Assembly (NCBI GenBank): GCA_965222075.1
Contig: OZ244937.1
Location: forward strand, 416,001 to 480,000
Direction: 5' to 3'
Source: Candidatus Latescibacterota bacterium
GTDB lineage: Bacteria; Latescibacterota; UBA2968; GCA-2709665
DNA: 64,000 nt
A program made the position numbers and the translations under genes. The notes under the pieces were generated by a model. That model was not told the DNA's origin, did no database searches, and worked only from the letters and a program-made list of their open reading frames with translations. This document shows, piece after piece, positions 1 to 8,343 of this stretch. Each line of letters starts with the position of its first letter. The first letter of the stretch is position 1.

Positions 1-28
1 CTATCGCGCGTTCTTCGGGGGTTGCTTC

Positions 29-88
29 GCAGAGGCTGTTCGGGAATTGCTCCAACACGGGTGGTGGTTGCCCGGGTGCCGGGCCGGT
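29..88 (+). repeat. 60-bp direct repeat, copy 1
   Basis: Matches 8284-8343 with 4 mismatches. Confidence 0.9.
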
Positions 89-353
89 GACCGAGCGGTC
101 GGTACAGAGAGTGTTTGACCGGGCTTGCAAAAAAGCCAATATTAACAAGCGGATATTGATACATATGGTGCGGCACTCCTTTGCGATACACCTGCTTGAA
201 CGCGGGACCCACCTGCGATATATCCAGGTGTTGCTCGGGCACGTAAGCCCAAAGACCACACAGATCTATACTCGGGTGACGAATGGGGATCTCGCAAAGA
301 TCCAGAGCCCGCTGGATGCATTGATGGAAGAAAGGGAGGCAGTTTTTGATTAG
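87..353 (+). pseudogene. C-terminal remnant of a tyrosine recombinase (integrase/XerD/IntI-like)
   Basis: [13 protein letters not shown] (HxxR), [16 protein letters not shown] (catalytic Y), tail IQSPLD. Upstream [20 protein letters not shown] lies in another frame, suggesting a frameshift/decay. Confidence 0.8.
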
Positions 354-725
354 AGACGATGCCACTATAGGAAGAATTCCTGAACATGTTCGGGCTACAA
401 AGTTGCTCCGGGTTGAGTGATATAAATTTCATCCTGAAATCCTTTCTATAATGCTGAGGCCAGACGATTGCGTAGATTATCTGCTGGGAATATATACTCA
501 ATTTATACTGCCAACATATTCTTTACAAATCTTTTTACCCTACTACTAACGTTATGCAAAACTGGCGCAAGAAACCCAACACCCCCACCCAGAAAATCGC
601 GTACAAGAAACAATAACCACTCCATCCTGATTTCTTCACAGCGAATGGATTTACCTCTCGATCTCATTGTAAGCTCTGCGAGTTCACGCGAAGATCAGGG
701 AGTAATTCAATACCAGGAGAAACCA

Positions 726-2183
726 ATGACGGACGAGAAAGCGGCCTTCCTATTCATCGACAATACGTTAATCGAGAATCTCGACAGCGTCGTGCAAGGG
801 GTCGTACCCGCAAAGAAGGCTTCGCAACAGCCGCTGATTGAGAAGGATCGGGCCTGGGAAGAGGAGTGGCTGATCGGCGGCTACGTCAACGTCCTGTACG
901 ACGACGACGAAAATATCTTCAAGATGTGGTACGGCGTGGGCCGAAGATTGAGCGAAGCGCGTGGCGACGTGGCGGACGGACTGGCCTACGCCGTGTCCCA
1001 AGACGGGATCCACTGGGAAAAACCCGTCCTCAACCTCGTCGAGGACAGCGGCAGCAAAGAGAATAACCTGGTCTTTCCCTTTTTGAGGTGGGGGGCCGGG
1101 ACAGGAGTCATGAAAGACCCCATCGAAACAGACCCAGCCAAGCGCTACAAGATGCTCTTTATGTTCCAGAGCGGAGACATGATATTCGCCGGCATTGTCC
1201 AGCCGGTCTGTGTGGCGTATTCTGCCGACGGGATTCATTGGAACGTGCCCCAACGCTGGCTCAACCCGGTCATTCCACAGGGCTCGGATACCCACCTGGT
1301 CGCTTATTGGGATGCAAAAATTCACCGCTACGTCGTTTATCTGCGGGGCCGGCCTAACGTGCGCATCATTTGCATGGCCGAGAGCGATGATTTCGAAAAC
1401 TGGACCCCGCGCAAGATCATCGTCGCACCCGATGAGCACGATCCCCCGCAGGACCAGGAGTTTTACGGCATGAGTTCGCTGGCGTATCGCGACTTTCGTA
1501 TCGGCTTCCTGTCCGTGTTTCACACGCTCCACGAGGGGTGGATCGCCCAGAACCAGATCGAAGATTGGATGCCCGAATGGATGAACCAGATGGACATTCA
1601 GTTGACCTACTCGAAGAACGGCCGGACCTGGCATCGGGCGGGCAACCGTGAACCCATTCTGGAATGTGGCCCCCGCGGTAGCCACGACAGTGGAAATGTC
1701 TATCCGTCTCATGCCCCCTTTGTCCGCGACGACGAGATCTGGGTCTATCACAGCTGCTCAAACGAATTGCACGGCGAGGGGACGCGCTACGGCGAAGAAT
1801 CCCGGCGGGGAATCAATCTGGCAAAGATCGAAAAGGATCGGCTGGTCTGTCTGAAGACGGAGGCGCAGGGGGTCGTGACCACGGTCCCGCTGAGTATCGA
1901 GCCCAATGCATTGTGGATCAACGCCGATGCGACCGGCGGGTCACTGCGAGTGGAGATAGTCGATCCGTTTGACCGGGTCGTGCCGGGTTTTGGCAAAGAA
2001 GACTGCAGACTCTTCTCAGCGAATGAAACAGAATACCGGGTACAATGGAAAAGCGATCCGGCAGGCGCAGTCGGGGACAAAGAGGATGGGCTCGAAGAGA
2101 AGATGGTCTCACAGCCACGCGGAGGTGTTAAGGTCAAAGTGTACCTGGACCGCGCCAAGCTGTTTGCTCTTTATGCGTCCTGA
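726..2183 (+). CDS. Glycoside hydrolase-like five-bladed beta-propeller protein
   Basis: YAVSQDGIHWEKP, YSADGIHW and YSKNGRTWHR Asp-box-like repeats. RBS CAGGAGA precedes ATG 726. Confidence 0.7.
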   Translation: MTDEKAAFLFIDNTLIENLDSVVQGVVPAKKASQQPLIEKDRAWEEEWLIGGYVNVLYDDDENIFKMWYGVGRRLSEARGDVADGLAYAVSQDGIHWEKPVLNLVEDSGSKENNLVFPFLRWGAGTGVMKDPIETDPAKRYKMLFMFQSGDMIFAGIVQPVCVAYSADGIHWNVPQRWLNPVIPQGSDTHLVAYWDAKIHRYVVYLRGRPNVRIICMAESDDFENWTPRKIIVAPDEHDPPQDQEFYGMSSLAYRDFRIGFLSVFHTLHEGWIAQNQIEDWMPEWMNQMDIQLTYSKNGRTWHRAGNREPILECGPRGSHDSGNVYPSHAPFVRDDEIWVYHSCSNELHGEGTRYGEESRRGINLAKIEKDRLVCLKTEAQGVVTTVPLSIEPNALWINADATGGSLRVEIVDPFDRVVPGFGKEDCRLFSANETEYRVQWKSDPAGAVGDKEDGLEEKMVSQPRGGVKVKVYLDRAKLFALYAS

Positions 2184-2304
2184 AGTAATTTGGGGGTTCA
2201 ACAATCATCCACGGCGAATAAACTGCATCGATTTTTTCGGCTACGAATGGAATATGCCGAACTTTCTCCGCAGAATCACAAGTCAGGCCGTACGGAGGTC
2301 CACT

Positions 2305-3432
2305 ATGAAGTGGGAACTGCTGCATCCGGACCAGGAGCAAGCCGAGGATGTACCCTGTAGGCGGGCGGCCTTCGGCGGGATGTTGAGCTACAATGGATGC
2401 GTCTACCTGTTCGGGGGGATAAAAGTGATGTACGGCCGGCCGAAAGGCCCTGGAGATCTTTCCGTCCAGGGCTCATTGAACGACCTGTGGCGCTACGACC
2501 CGGGTCGAGGCCGGTGGACGCGGTTGGAAGACCACGATGGGCGCATCGGGTTCAGGCCGTCCGATACCAGACCGTGTACCCGGAAGCTCACGACCTGGCT
2601 GCCCGTGAACGGCAGGCTTTATCTTTTCGGCGGGTCCTCGGTGCGGGGCCCCGGCAAGGGGGCGATCAAGCTGAACGATCTCTGGGCCTACGATCCGAAG
2701 ACAGCCTCGTGGGAGCTGTTAGAGCCCGACGACGGGCGCGCATCAGGAATACCGGTGGATGGGCATCGTCCCGCCGGTTCGGGCGGGATGGGGGCGGCCG
2801 TTCTGGGTGATTACCTGTATCTGATGGGGGGCCATGGCGCGATGACGCACGCACAGCTGTGGACCTACAAGGCGCCGGCCGGGAAATGGGAGCACCTGGG
2901 GCCTGCGTCGAATGGGCGCAACGGTTGGCCGCCGAAACGATACTGTCCCGTGCTGGTCGGCTGGAACGGCAGGCTCTACCTGTGGGGCGGTCGGGACAGT
3001 CAGGGTCGGGCGCCGGAGTTCTACAACGATCTGTGGGAATACGATCCCGACGGAGGCGCCTGGACCTGCATTCAGGAGAACCGGGCGGATGATGTTGCAC
3101 GGCCTTCCCCTCGGTACGGGCTGGGACACGCTGTGATCGGAGATTACCTGTATCTGTTCGGAGGATTTGCAGGAGGGGAAGGGGAGCACCCCCAGCTGAA
3201 CGATCTGTGGCAGTACGATCTTCGTGCCGGCCGGTGGGACTGTCTATATCCACACAACGGTGCGGAGGATTCCTCTGATGGCGCCGAACGTCCCGGCGTC
3301 AGGCGAATCCCCGTTATGGCAGTGGGGGGCGAGTCCGTATATCTCTTCGGGGGGCTGGACCTGGCTACCGGGCCGCACGGGGACGGGCCGCTGGCGGCGT
3401 ACAACGATTTCTGGCACGGAACACCGGCCTGA
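2305..3432 (+). CDS. Kelch-repeat beta-propeller protein
   Basis: Repeated LYLFGG...NDLWxYD units. RBS GGAGG precedes ATG 2305. Confidence 0.85.
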   Translation: MKWELLHPDQEQAEDVPCRRAAFGGMLSYNGCVYLFGGIKVMYGRPKGPGDLSVQGSLNDLWRYDPGRGRWTRLEDHDGRIGFRPSDTRPCTRKLTTWLPVNGRLYLFGGSSVRGPGKGAIKLNDLWAYDPKTASWELLEPDDGRASGIPVDGHRPAGSGGMGAAVLGDYLYLMGGHGAMTHAQLWTYKAPAGKWEHLGPASNGRNGWPPKRYCPVLVGWNGRLYLWGGRDSQGRAPEFYNDLWEYDPDGGAWTCIQENRADDVARPSPRYGLGHAVIGDYLYLFGGFAGGEGEHPQLNDLWQYDLRAGRWDCLYPHNGAEDSSDGAERPGVRRIPVMAVGGESVYLFGGLDLATGPHGDGPLAAYNDFWHGTPA

Positions 3433-3461
3433 CAGGGCATTTCTTAAAGGAGATTCCGTAT

Positions 3462-3554
3462 ATGCATGCGAAGACCGAAGTCAATCCGATCCAGTTCGAG
3501 GTGATCCGCAACGCGCTGCTGAAGGCGACGGAGGAGATGGCGATTGCGCTATAA
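3462..3554 (+). pseudogene. N-terminal remnant of a hydantoinase B/oxoprolinase family gene
   Basis: RBS AAGGAG, then MHAKTEVNPIQFEVIRNALLKATEEMAIAL*, matching the family's typical N-terminus before an early stop. Confidence 0.65.
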
Positions 3555-3695
3555 AAGGGAGTATCACCAACTATTATGTTAGCTATCGCCACTGTGACGG
3601 TCGAGGCAACCTGAACACTGACGAGAATCCTCACAGCGGCGGGTATCGCGAGGCCGTTAACGGAAATCGCCCCTACCACCCCAAAGGAGGGAAAA

Positions 3696-5009
3696 ATGAA
3701 ACTCTGGGTATTCACCTGCAGTGACAGCCCGTTCGAACACTGGCTCGACGGGTTCGAGGAGCGGTTCGACGCCTGGGCGGATAGCGGCGTGCGCGGTCTG
3801 GCCGTCGGCCGCATGGCATTCCTCCAGGAGGATGGCACCGCCATTCCGGCGTGGGCTCCCGACCCGAAGGTGTACGAGGCCCTGGGGGCGGAAGTCCCGG
3901 AGCAGCGTCCGCGCGACCTCTCAAAAGAGAAGAAGCTGCACGCAATGCTGGACAACGCCGCGGAGCGGGGCTGGCGACTACTGATTTTCGCCGGAGGCGG
4001 CCCGACCGCCCACGTGCAGGACCAAATGAACGCCTTTCCACAGGTGCACGGCGTCATTGTCGACGGTCCGGGCGAAAACCACTACGAGCTGGCCTTCCAC
4101 CACGGGGGCGAGCTCCTGGAGATCCGTCCGGGTGAGGAGGGCCGCTTCGCCCAGGTCGGCGCCGAGATTGATCGAATACAACGCGGCATCACCCACTTTC
4201 GGGAGCGTTTGCACAATCTGACACCGGAAATGGTGCGGTACCACGCCGACGGGGGGATGCTGGGGGCAATGCTCCTGTTCGACGTCAACGAGGACGTGCT
4301 CTACTGGCTGCGCAAGCGGCAGGAGCTCTCTCGCTTCGACTGGCAGTACATGCGGCAACAGGTCGACGCCGTCGATCGCAAGGTGGAGCTGGGCGGTATC
4401 CCGCGGGCCGTGACGTGGTCATCGCTCACCGGACAGAATTACTGTCAGATGGCGGAGTATTTCGACTATATCTTTCCGAAACACTATTTTTGGCACCGCG
4501 GCATGGACGGCATGTACGGAACCATATCCCGCTGGGTAAGACGGTTGCGAAAGTGGAATCCGTCCCTGAGCGAGGCGGAGTGTTTCGCCGTAGTGAAGGC
4601 GCTGTTGGGCATCGAGCTGCCTGGCATCAACTCGCTTATGGACATGGAGATGGGTTTCCCCGACGAATTCTTCTCCAAGGTGGTCTACAACGAGACTCGG
4701 CGGGCCCTGGCGGCCATAGGTGATCCCGACAAGGTGATAGCCTGGGTGTCCACGGGGCGCCACCCCCACGGCGGCGACCCGATGCAGGCGCGCGATCTCT
4801 ACGGCATCCTGACTGCTTCGCAGGAGGCGGGGTTGAAGCGCTTCCTATACCATCCCGAGCCGGATTTCGGGGCGGCGGAATGGACCATCATCTCGTCGCT
4901 GTGCGGAAACCAATGGGATGAAGACGCCGACGGGTACTGGCCGACGGGGACCGACAAGCCAGGCGTCTGGGACGGCGGGCGCGAGGTACCCGAAGAGGGC
5001 CGAATATGA
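3696..5009 (+). CDS. Hypothetical protein, possibly TIM-barrel/glycoside hydrolase-like
   Basis: 437-aa ORF, RBS AGGAGG, host-like codon use, no diagnostic motif recognised. Confidence 0.6.
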   Translation: MKLWVFTCSDSPFEHWLDGFEERFDAWADSGVRGLAVGRMAFLQEDGTAIPAWAPDPKVYEALGAEVPEQRPRDLSKEKKLHAMLDNAAERGWRLLIFAGGGPTAHVQDQMNAFPQVHGVIVDGPGENHYELAFHHGGELLEIRPGEEGRFAQVGAEIDRIQRGITHFRERLHNLTPEMVRYHADGGMLGAMLLFDVNEDVLYWLRKRQELSRFDWQYMRQQVDAVDRKVELGGIPRAVTWSSLTGQNYCQMAEYFDYIFPKHYFWHRGMDGMYGTISRWVRRLRKWNPSLSEAECFAVVKALLGIELPGINSLMDMEMGFPDEFFSKVVYNETRRALAAIGDPDKVIAWVSTGRHPHGGDPMQARDLYGILTASQEAGLKRFLYHPEPDFGAAEWTIISSLCGNQWDEDADGYWPTGTDKPGVWDGGREVPEEGRI

Positions 5010-5197
5010 GCAAGATCTTTGACTCGTTGCGGGAGGGTTTCCCGCGGGCGCGAACGATGGCCTACTTCGACAACGCCTCGTCCCATCCGATCTGCGGGCA
5101 CTCGGAGGCGACTTTGGATCGGTTCATCGAATGGGTGACGCACGAGGTGGGGAACTGTGGTGGACGGCGTGAGCTCAGCCAGATGCCGACGCCTTGA
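5006..5197 (+). pseudogene. N-terminal remnant of a class V aminotransferase/cysteine desulfurase
   Basis: LREGFP...AYFDNASSHP motif, truncated at 63 aa. Confidence 0.65.
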
Positions 5198-5337
5198 AGA
5201 AGCTGCCAGCACTGTCGTTCTTGCAGAGGCCCCTCAGCGGACGCTGGCACAGTCGGCGCTGCGGTTCGTAATTTATGGTGCACGCTGTATTACCGCCCCG
5301 CTCTCCAGACCGAGAGTGGCGACCCCGATGCGACTTC

Positions 5338-5488
5338 CGCTAACACGTAATTTGCGCTACGATCGCTTCGCTCCCTTGGCCCTTCGGGCACAGTTCCCTT
5401 TGTCACGTCGCTTGCTGAGAGACGCAAGCGCCGCGCCAATACGGCTTCGCCGGACCGGGTACCGTCGCAAATTTCGAGGACGTTATGC
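5338..5488 (+). mobile_element. attC-like recombination site 1
   Basis: R'' CGCTAAC 5338-5344, AATTTGCG 5349-5356 / CGCAAATT 5466-5473, R' GTTATGC 5482-5488, internal hairpins. Confidence 0.75.
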
Positions 5489-5503
5489 GAAAGTGAGTTC
5501 GTT

Positions 5504-6547
5504 TTGTTTAGAGCGGATCTCTTCCAAGCGCACTTGGAAAACTGGGAACTCATTCTACGGGCGCGAACCGTTGAAGCCATCGAACGGATCGCATCTGTTC
5601 CTGGCGTTGCGGGTGTGATTCTTGGGGGTAGCGTTGGGCGAGGAATAGCGTGGCCTATATCAGATATAGACCTCATCTACATTACTACCAGGGGGGCGGA
5701 CAACAGTCTTCCAAAAAGAGTGGACGAGCTTGCGTTGTCCATCACAAGGGAGTGGGCTCGAGACACGTGGCCGACGTCTGTTGACGCAGGTCGACTCCAT
5801 TTTACAGCCGACGAGGCAGACGACTTGATCAAAGGCAAGCGTCACTTAGATGAGCTGATGGCCAATGAGAGGACTTTCCATGCGACCGACAAGAGCCACC
5901 TCGGTCAATCAGTTCACGCGTCTGAGGATTGCGATACTCCTGCATTTGTTGTGCTACTTTCCGATGGTCGATTTGACCCATCGGTTGTCCGGGCACGCCA
6001 AATCGAGCGCGTCAGACGTGTAACCAGTCTCGCTCAGCGAGTTCAGTCACATCTGGAGGCAGGTAGTCTGGTTGAGGCAGGGATCTCTATACAGGAACTC
6101 GCGCGCGTGATAATCCCATATCTGAAGGAAAGGTGGGGGCATGGAGATCGGTCCTTTGGAAGGGTTTTCACTCGTTTTTGCGTTCTAGCTCACGAGCACC
6201 AGGAAGAAGGAATTGCGAGTCGCCTCATTCGACTGTTCTCTCTTACGGCGGATGAGATAGAAGCAAGGTACGCCAAGGCTCCCGCTAATGTTGTGGAGCG
6301 GCACATCACATCGTATCCATCCCGCCTGGCCGTGGGCGAGGAGATCACGGAGCTCGATGACAAACGCGATGTTCTGTATGCCTATACGTGGTATGCAGTT
6401 CGTACTGGTGAAACTGGTTCGTGGCTCCTCAATGAGGATCTACACAAGTCTCAACTCAAGTTGTCACTGGATCAAACAGCATCCATATGGGCCGAGGTGG
6501 TCTCGAAGGAGCCGGATTGCGTATCCAGCGAACTCACCTTCGCATAA
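5504..6547 (+). CDS. Pol-beta superfamily nucleotidyltransferase domain protein (gene cassette)
   Basis: ILGGSVGRG...SDIDL motif. Stop codon lies inside the GCATAAC R'' box. Confidence 0.75.
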   Translation: MFRADLFQAHLENWELILRARTVEAIERIASVPGVAGVILGGSVGRGIAWPISDIDLIYITTRGADNSLPKRVDELALSITREWARDTWPTSVDAGRLHFTADEADDLIKGKRHLDELMANERTFHATDKSHLGQSVHASEDCDTPAFVVLLSDGRFDPSVVRARQIERVRRVTSLAQRVQSHLEAGSLVEAGISIQELARVIIPYLKERWGHGDRSFGRVFTRFCVLAHEHQEEGIASRLIRLFSLTADEIEARYAKAPANVVERHITSYPSRLAVGEEITELDDKRDVLYAYTWYAVRTGETGSWLLNEDLHKSQLKLSLDQTASIWAEVVSKEPDCVSSELTFA

Positions 6548-6626
6548 CACGAGCACCCACGGCTTCGGCGCTGGCAAGCCTTCGCGCAACCGCATTCGTG
6601 GTTCGAGCAGGTCGAAACTGTTAGCC
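6542..6626 (+). mobile_element. attC-like recombination site 2
   Basis: GCATAAC 6542-6548 ... GTTAGCC 6620-6626. R'' is complementary to the GTTATGC at the start of its own cassette. Confidence 0.7.
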
Positions 6627-6660
6627 GACGTGCGAATGCCCTTCTCTTGAAAGAAATGCC

Positions 6661-7581
6661 TTGAATAACTTTGCTGACCGATTCGTTTTGAGGACGAGGG
6701 AGCTTGGCCACCCTCTGTGTGTTGGTATTGATCCCTATATAAACAAGATTCCTCCCGTTTTCCGTCGAAAAGACATGGCAGTCGGGTCCCCGGAGACATC
6801 GGAGGCGGTGTCTGATTTTTGTCTGGCAGTACTGGATCAGATTGCGGGAAGGGTTGCAATTGTAAAACCTCAGATCGCCTTATTTGAGCAACTTGGCTGG
6901 CGAGGAATCAGGACTCTCGAAAGGGTCATTCAAGCGGCACACGAGCGGGGTATGTTGGTGTTGTTAGATGCAAAAAGGGGGGATATCGGTGCAACGGCTG
7001 AAGGTTACGCGGTTGCATACCTCAGCGACTCAAGTTCTATGGCCGCGGATGCAATTACGGTAAATCCGTATATGGGCCGCGAAGCGATCGAGCCTTTTGT
7101 TCGTCGGGCTCGCGAAAGCGGCCGGGGTGTGGTAGTTCTCGTTCGAAACAGCAATCCGGGTGCGTCCGACTATCAGGACCTTCGGGTGGGCAATTGGACC
7201 CTGTTTGAGGAAGTAGCTGTTTCACTGAGGTCGTACCACGATGCTCTGATGGGTGAGGAAGTAGGATGGTCGTCCTTGTGCGTTACAACTGCCGCGACTC
7301 GACCAGACGACTCATTGAAAATACGGGCAATACTGCCTGATGCTCTGTTCCTCGTCTTGGGCTACGGAGCTCAGGGTGGTTGCCTGTCGGATACGCTTCA
7401 GGGATTTCGGCTGGGTCCCGGGGGATTGGAGGGAGGGATCGTGAATTCTTCCAGGTCTGTGCTTTATCCGGAGACTGGGCACACGGCGAATGCAGCCATG
7501 TGGGAAGACGCATTTCAACGCAATCTCGATGACATGATTGAGGCGCTTATGAATGCGGTTCAAACGGAGCACGTCGGCTAA
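6661..7581 (+). CDS. pyrF: Orotidine-5'-phosphate decarboxylase (gene cassette)
   Basis: LCVGIDP, KPQIALFE, LDAKRGDIGAT (DxKxxD), TVNPYMG, SNPGA, GYGAQGG, NSSR. Confidence 0.9.
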   Translation: MNNFADRFVLRTRELGHPLCVGIDPYINKIPPVFRRKDMAVGSPETSEAVSDFCLAVLDQIAGRVAIVKPQIALFEQLGWRGIRTLERVIQAAHERGMLVLLDAKRGDIGATAEGYAVAYLSDSSSMAADAITVNPYMGREAIEPFVRRARESGRGVVVLVRNSNPGASDYQDLRVGNWTLFEEVAVSLRSYHDALMGEEVGWSSLCVTTAATRPDDSLKIRAILPDALFLVLGYGAQGGCLSDTLQGFRLGPGGLEGGIVNSSRSVLYPETGHTANAAMWEDAFQRNLDDMIEALMNAVQTEHVG

Positions 7582-7686
7582 CAGCACGGTTCGCGCTGCG
7601 CCGCCCTTCATCCCTCGGCGTCGCGTCTATGCTCACATCAGCTTACATCTCTGCCTTCGCAGGTTGATGCCGACTATCCGTTACCT
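7576..7686 (+). mobile_element. attC-like recombination site 3 (degenerate)
   Basis: GGCTAAC 7576-7582 overlaps the pyrF stop. GTTACCT at 7680-7686. Inner pairing is weak. Confidence 0.5.
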
Positions 7687-7710
7687 CAACAACTGGCCTC
7701 TTCTTAACAA

Positions 7711-7790
7711 ACAGATATTGAGCATATCGTAGCGCTCAGCGAAGCCCACGATAGCGGTCTGTGCGCTTATCCGGACTCTGTCAAGAGGCG
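7711..7790 (+). pseudogene. Fragment of an HNH (DUF1524-like) endonuclease
   Basis: TDIEHIVALSEAHDSGLCA, without a start codon or C-terminus. Confidence 0.55.
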
Positions 7791-7796
7791 AGTGGG

Positions 7797-7890
7797 TGTG
7801 GGGTGACGAGAAAGATGGATAAACAGGATAGACAGGATGAGAACTGAAAACCCTGAAATCCTGTTCATCCTGTCCATCCATGTGAATAAA
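7797..7890 (+). repeat. CAGGAT/ATCCTG palindromic repeat family A, copy 1
   Basis: GATGGATAAACAGGATAGACAGGAT...ATCCTGTTCATCCTGTCCATCC, near-identical to 8177-8269. Confidence 0.85.
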
Positions 7891-7910
7891 ACAGAAGACG
7901 GGAGTTGGTG

Positions 7911-8201
7911 ATGACCAGACAGTTGACAGCAATTATCGAACGCGAAAACGATGGCTACATCGTCCTCTGCCCTGAGTTGGACATCGCAAGTCAGGGAGCA
8001 ACCGTGGCTGAGGCTCGGGAAAATTTGAAGGAGGCATTGGAGTTGTTTTTCGAGACGGCTTCAGCCACCGAAATTCAGCAGCGGCTGCACGAGGAAGTGT
8101 ACGTAACGCAGGTGGAGGTCGCAGTTGGCCAGACTCCGGCGGATGGAGGGGAGGATTCGGGCGGCGATTGGGCGGATGTGGGGGACGAGAAAGATGGATA
8201 A
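7911..8201 (+). CDS. hicB: HicB-family antitoxin, copy 1 (stop codon lost, read-through tail)
   Basis: LTAIIERE.DGY..LCPELDIASQG.TVAEARENLKEALELF. CAG replaces the TAA present in copy 2. Confidence 0.8.
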   Translation: MTRQLTAIIERENDGYIVLCPELDIASQGATVAEARENLKEALELFFETASATEIQQRLHEEVYVTQVEVAVGQTPADGGEDSGGDWADVGDEKDG

Positions 8202-8269
8202 AGAGGATAGACAGGATGAGAACTGAAACCCCTGAAATCCTGTTCATCCTGTCCATCCATGTGAATAAA
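8177..8269 (+). repeat. Repeat family A, copy 2
   Basis: Direct repeat of 7797-7890. Confidence 0.85.
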
Positions 8270-8283
8270 TTTGGTGTGACAGA

Positions 8284-8343
8284 GCAGAGGCTGTTCGGGA
8301 ATTGCCCCAACACGGGTGGTGGTTGCCCGGGCACCGGGCGGGT
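8284..8343 (+). repeat. 60-bp direct repeat, copy 2
   Basis: Matches 29-88. Abuts the stop codon of the DMT gene. Confidence 0.9.

Noticed and set aside
354-470. attI site downstream of the integrase remnant
   Set aside because: No convincing GTTRRRY core with paired boxes, and the following genes are not cassette-like.
468-725. N-terminal 86 aa of ORF 468..2183
   Set aside because: AT-rich, intergenic-like sequence. The RBS supports ATG 726.
5157-5676. ORFs 5157..5618 (+) and 5290..5676 (-)
   Set aside because: They span the attC-like hairpin and give Arg/Ala-rich translations without motifs.
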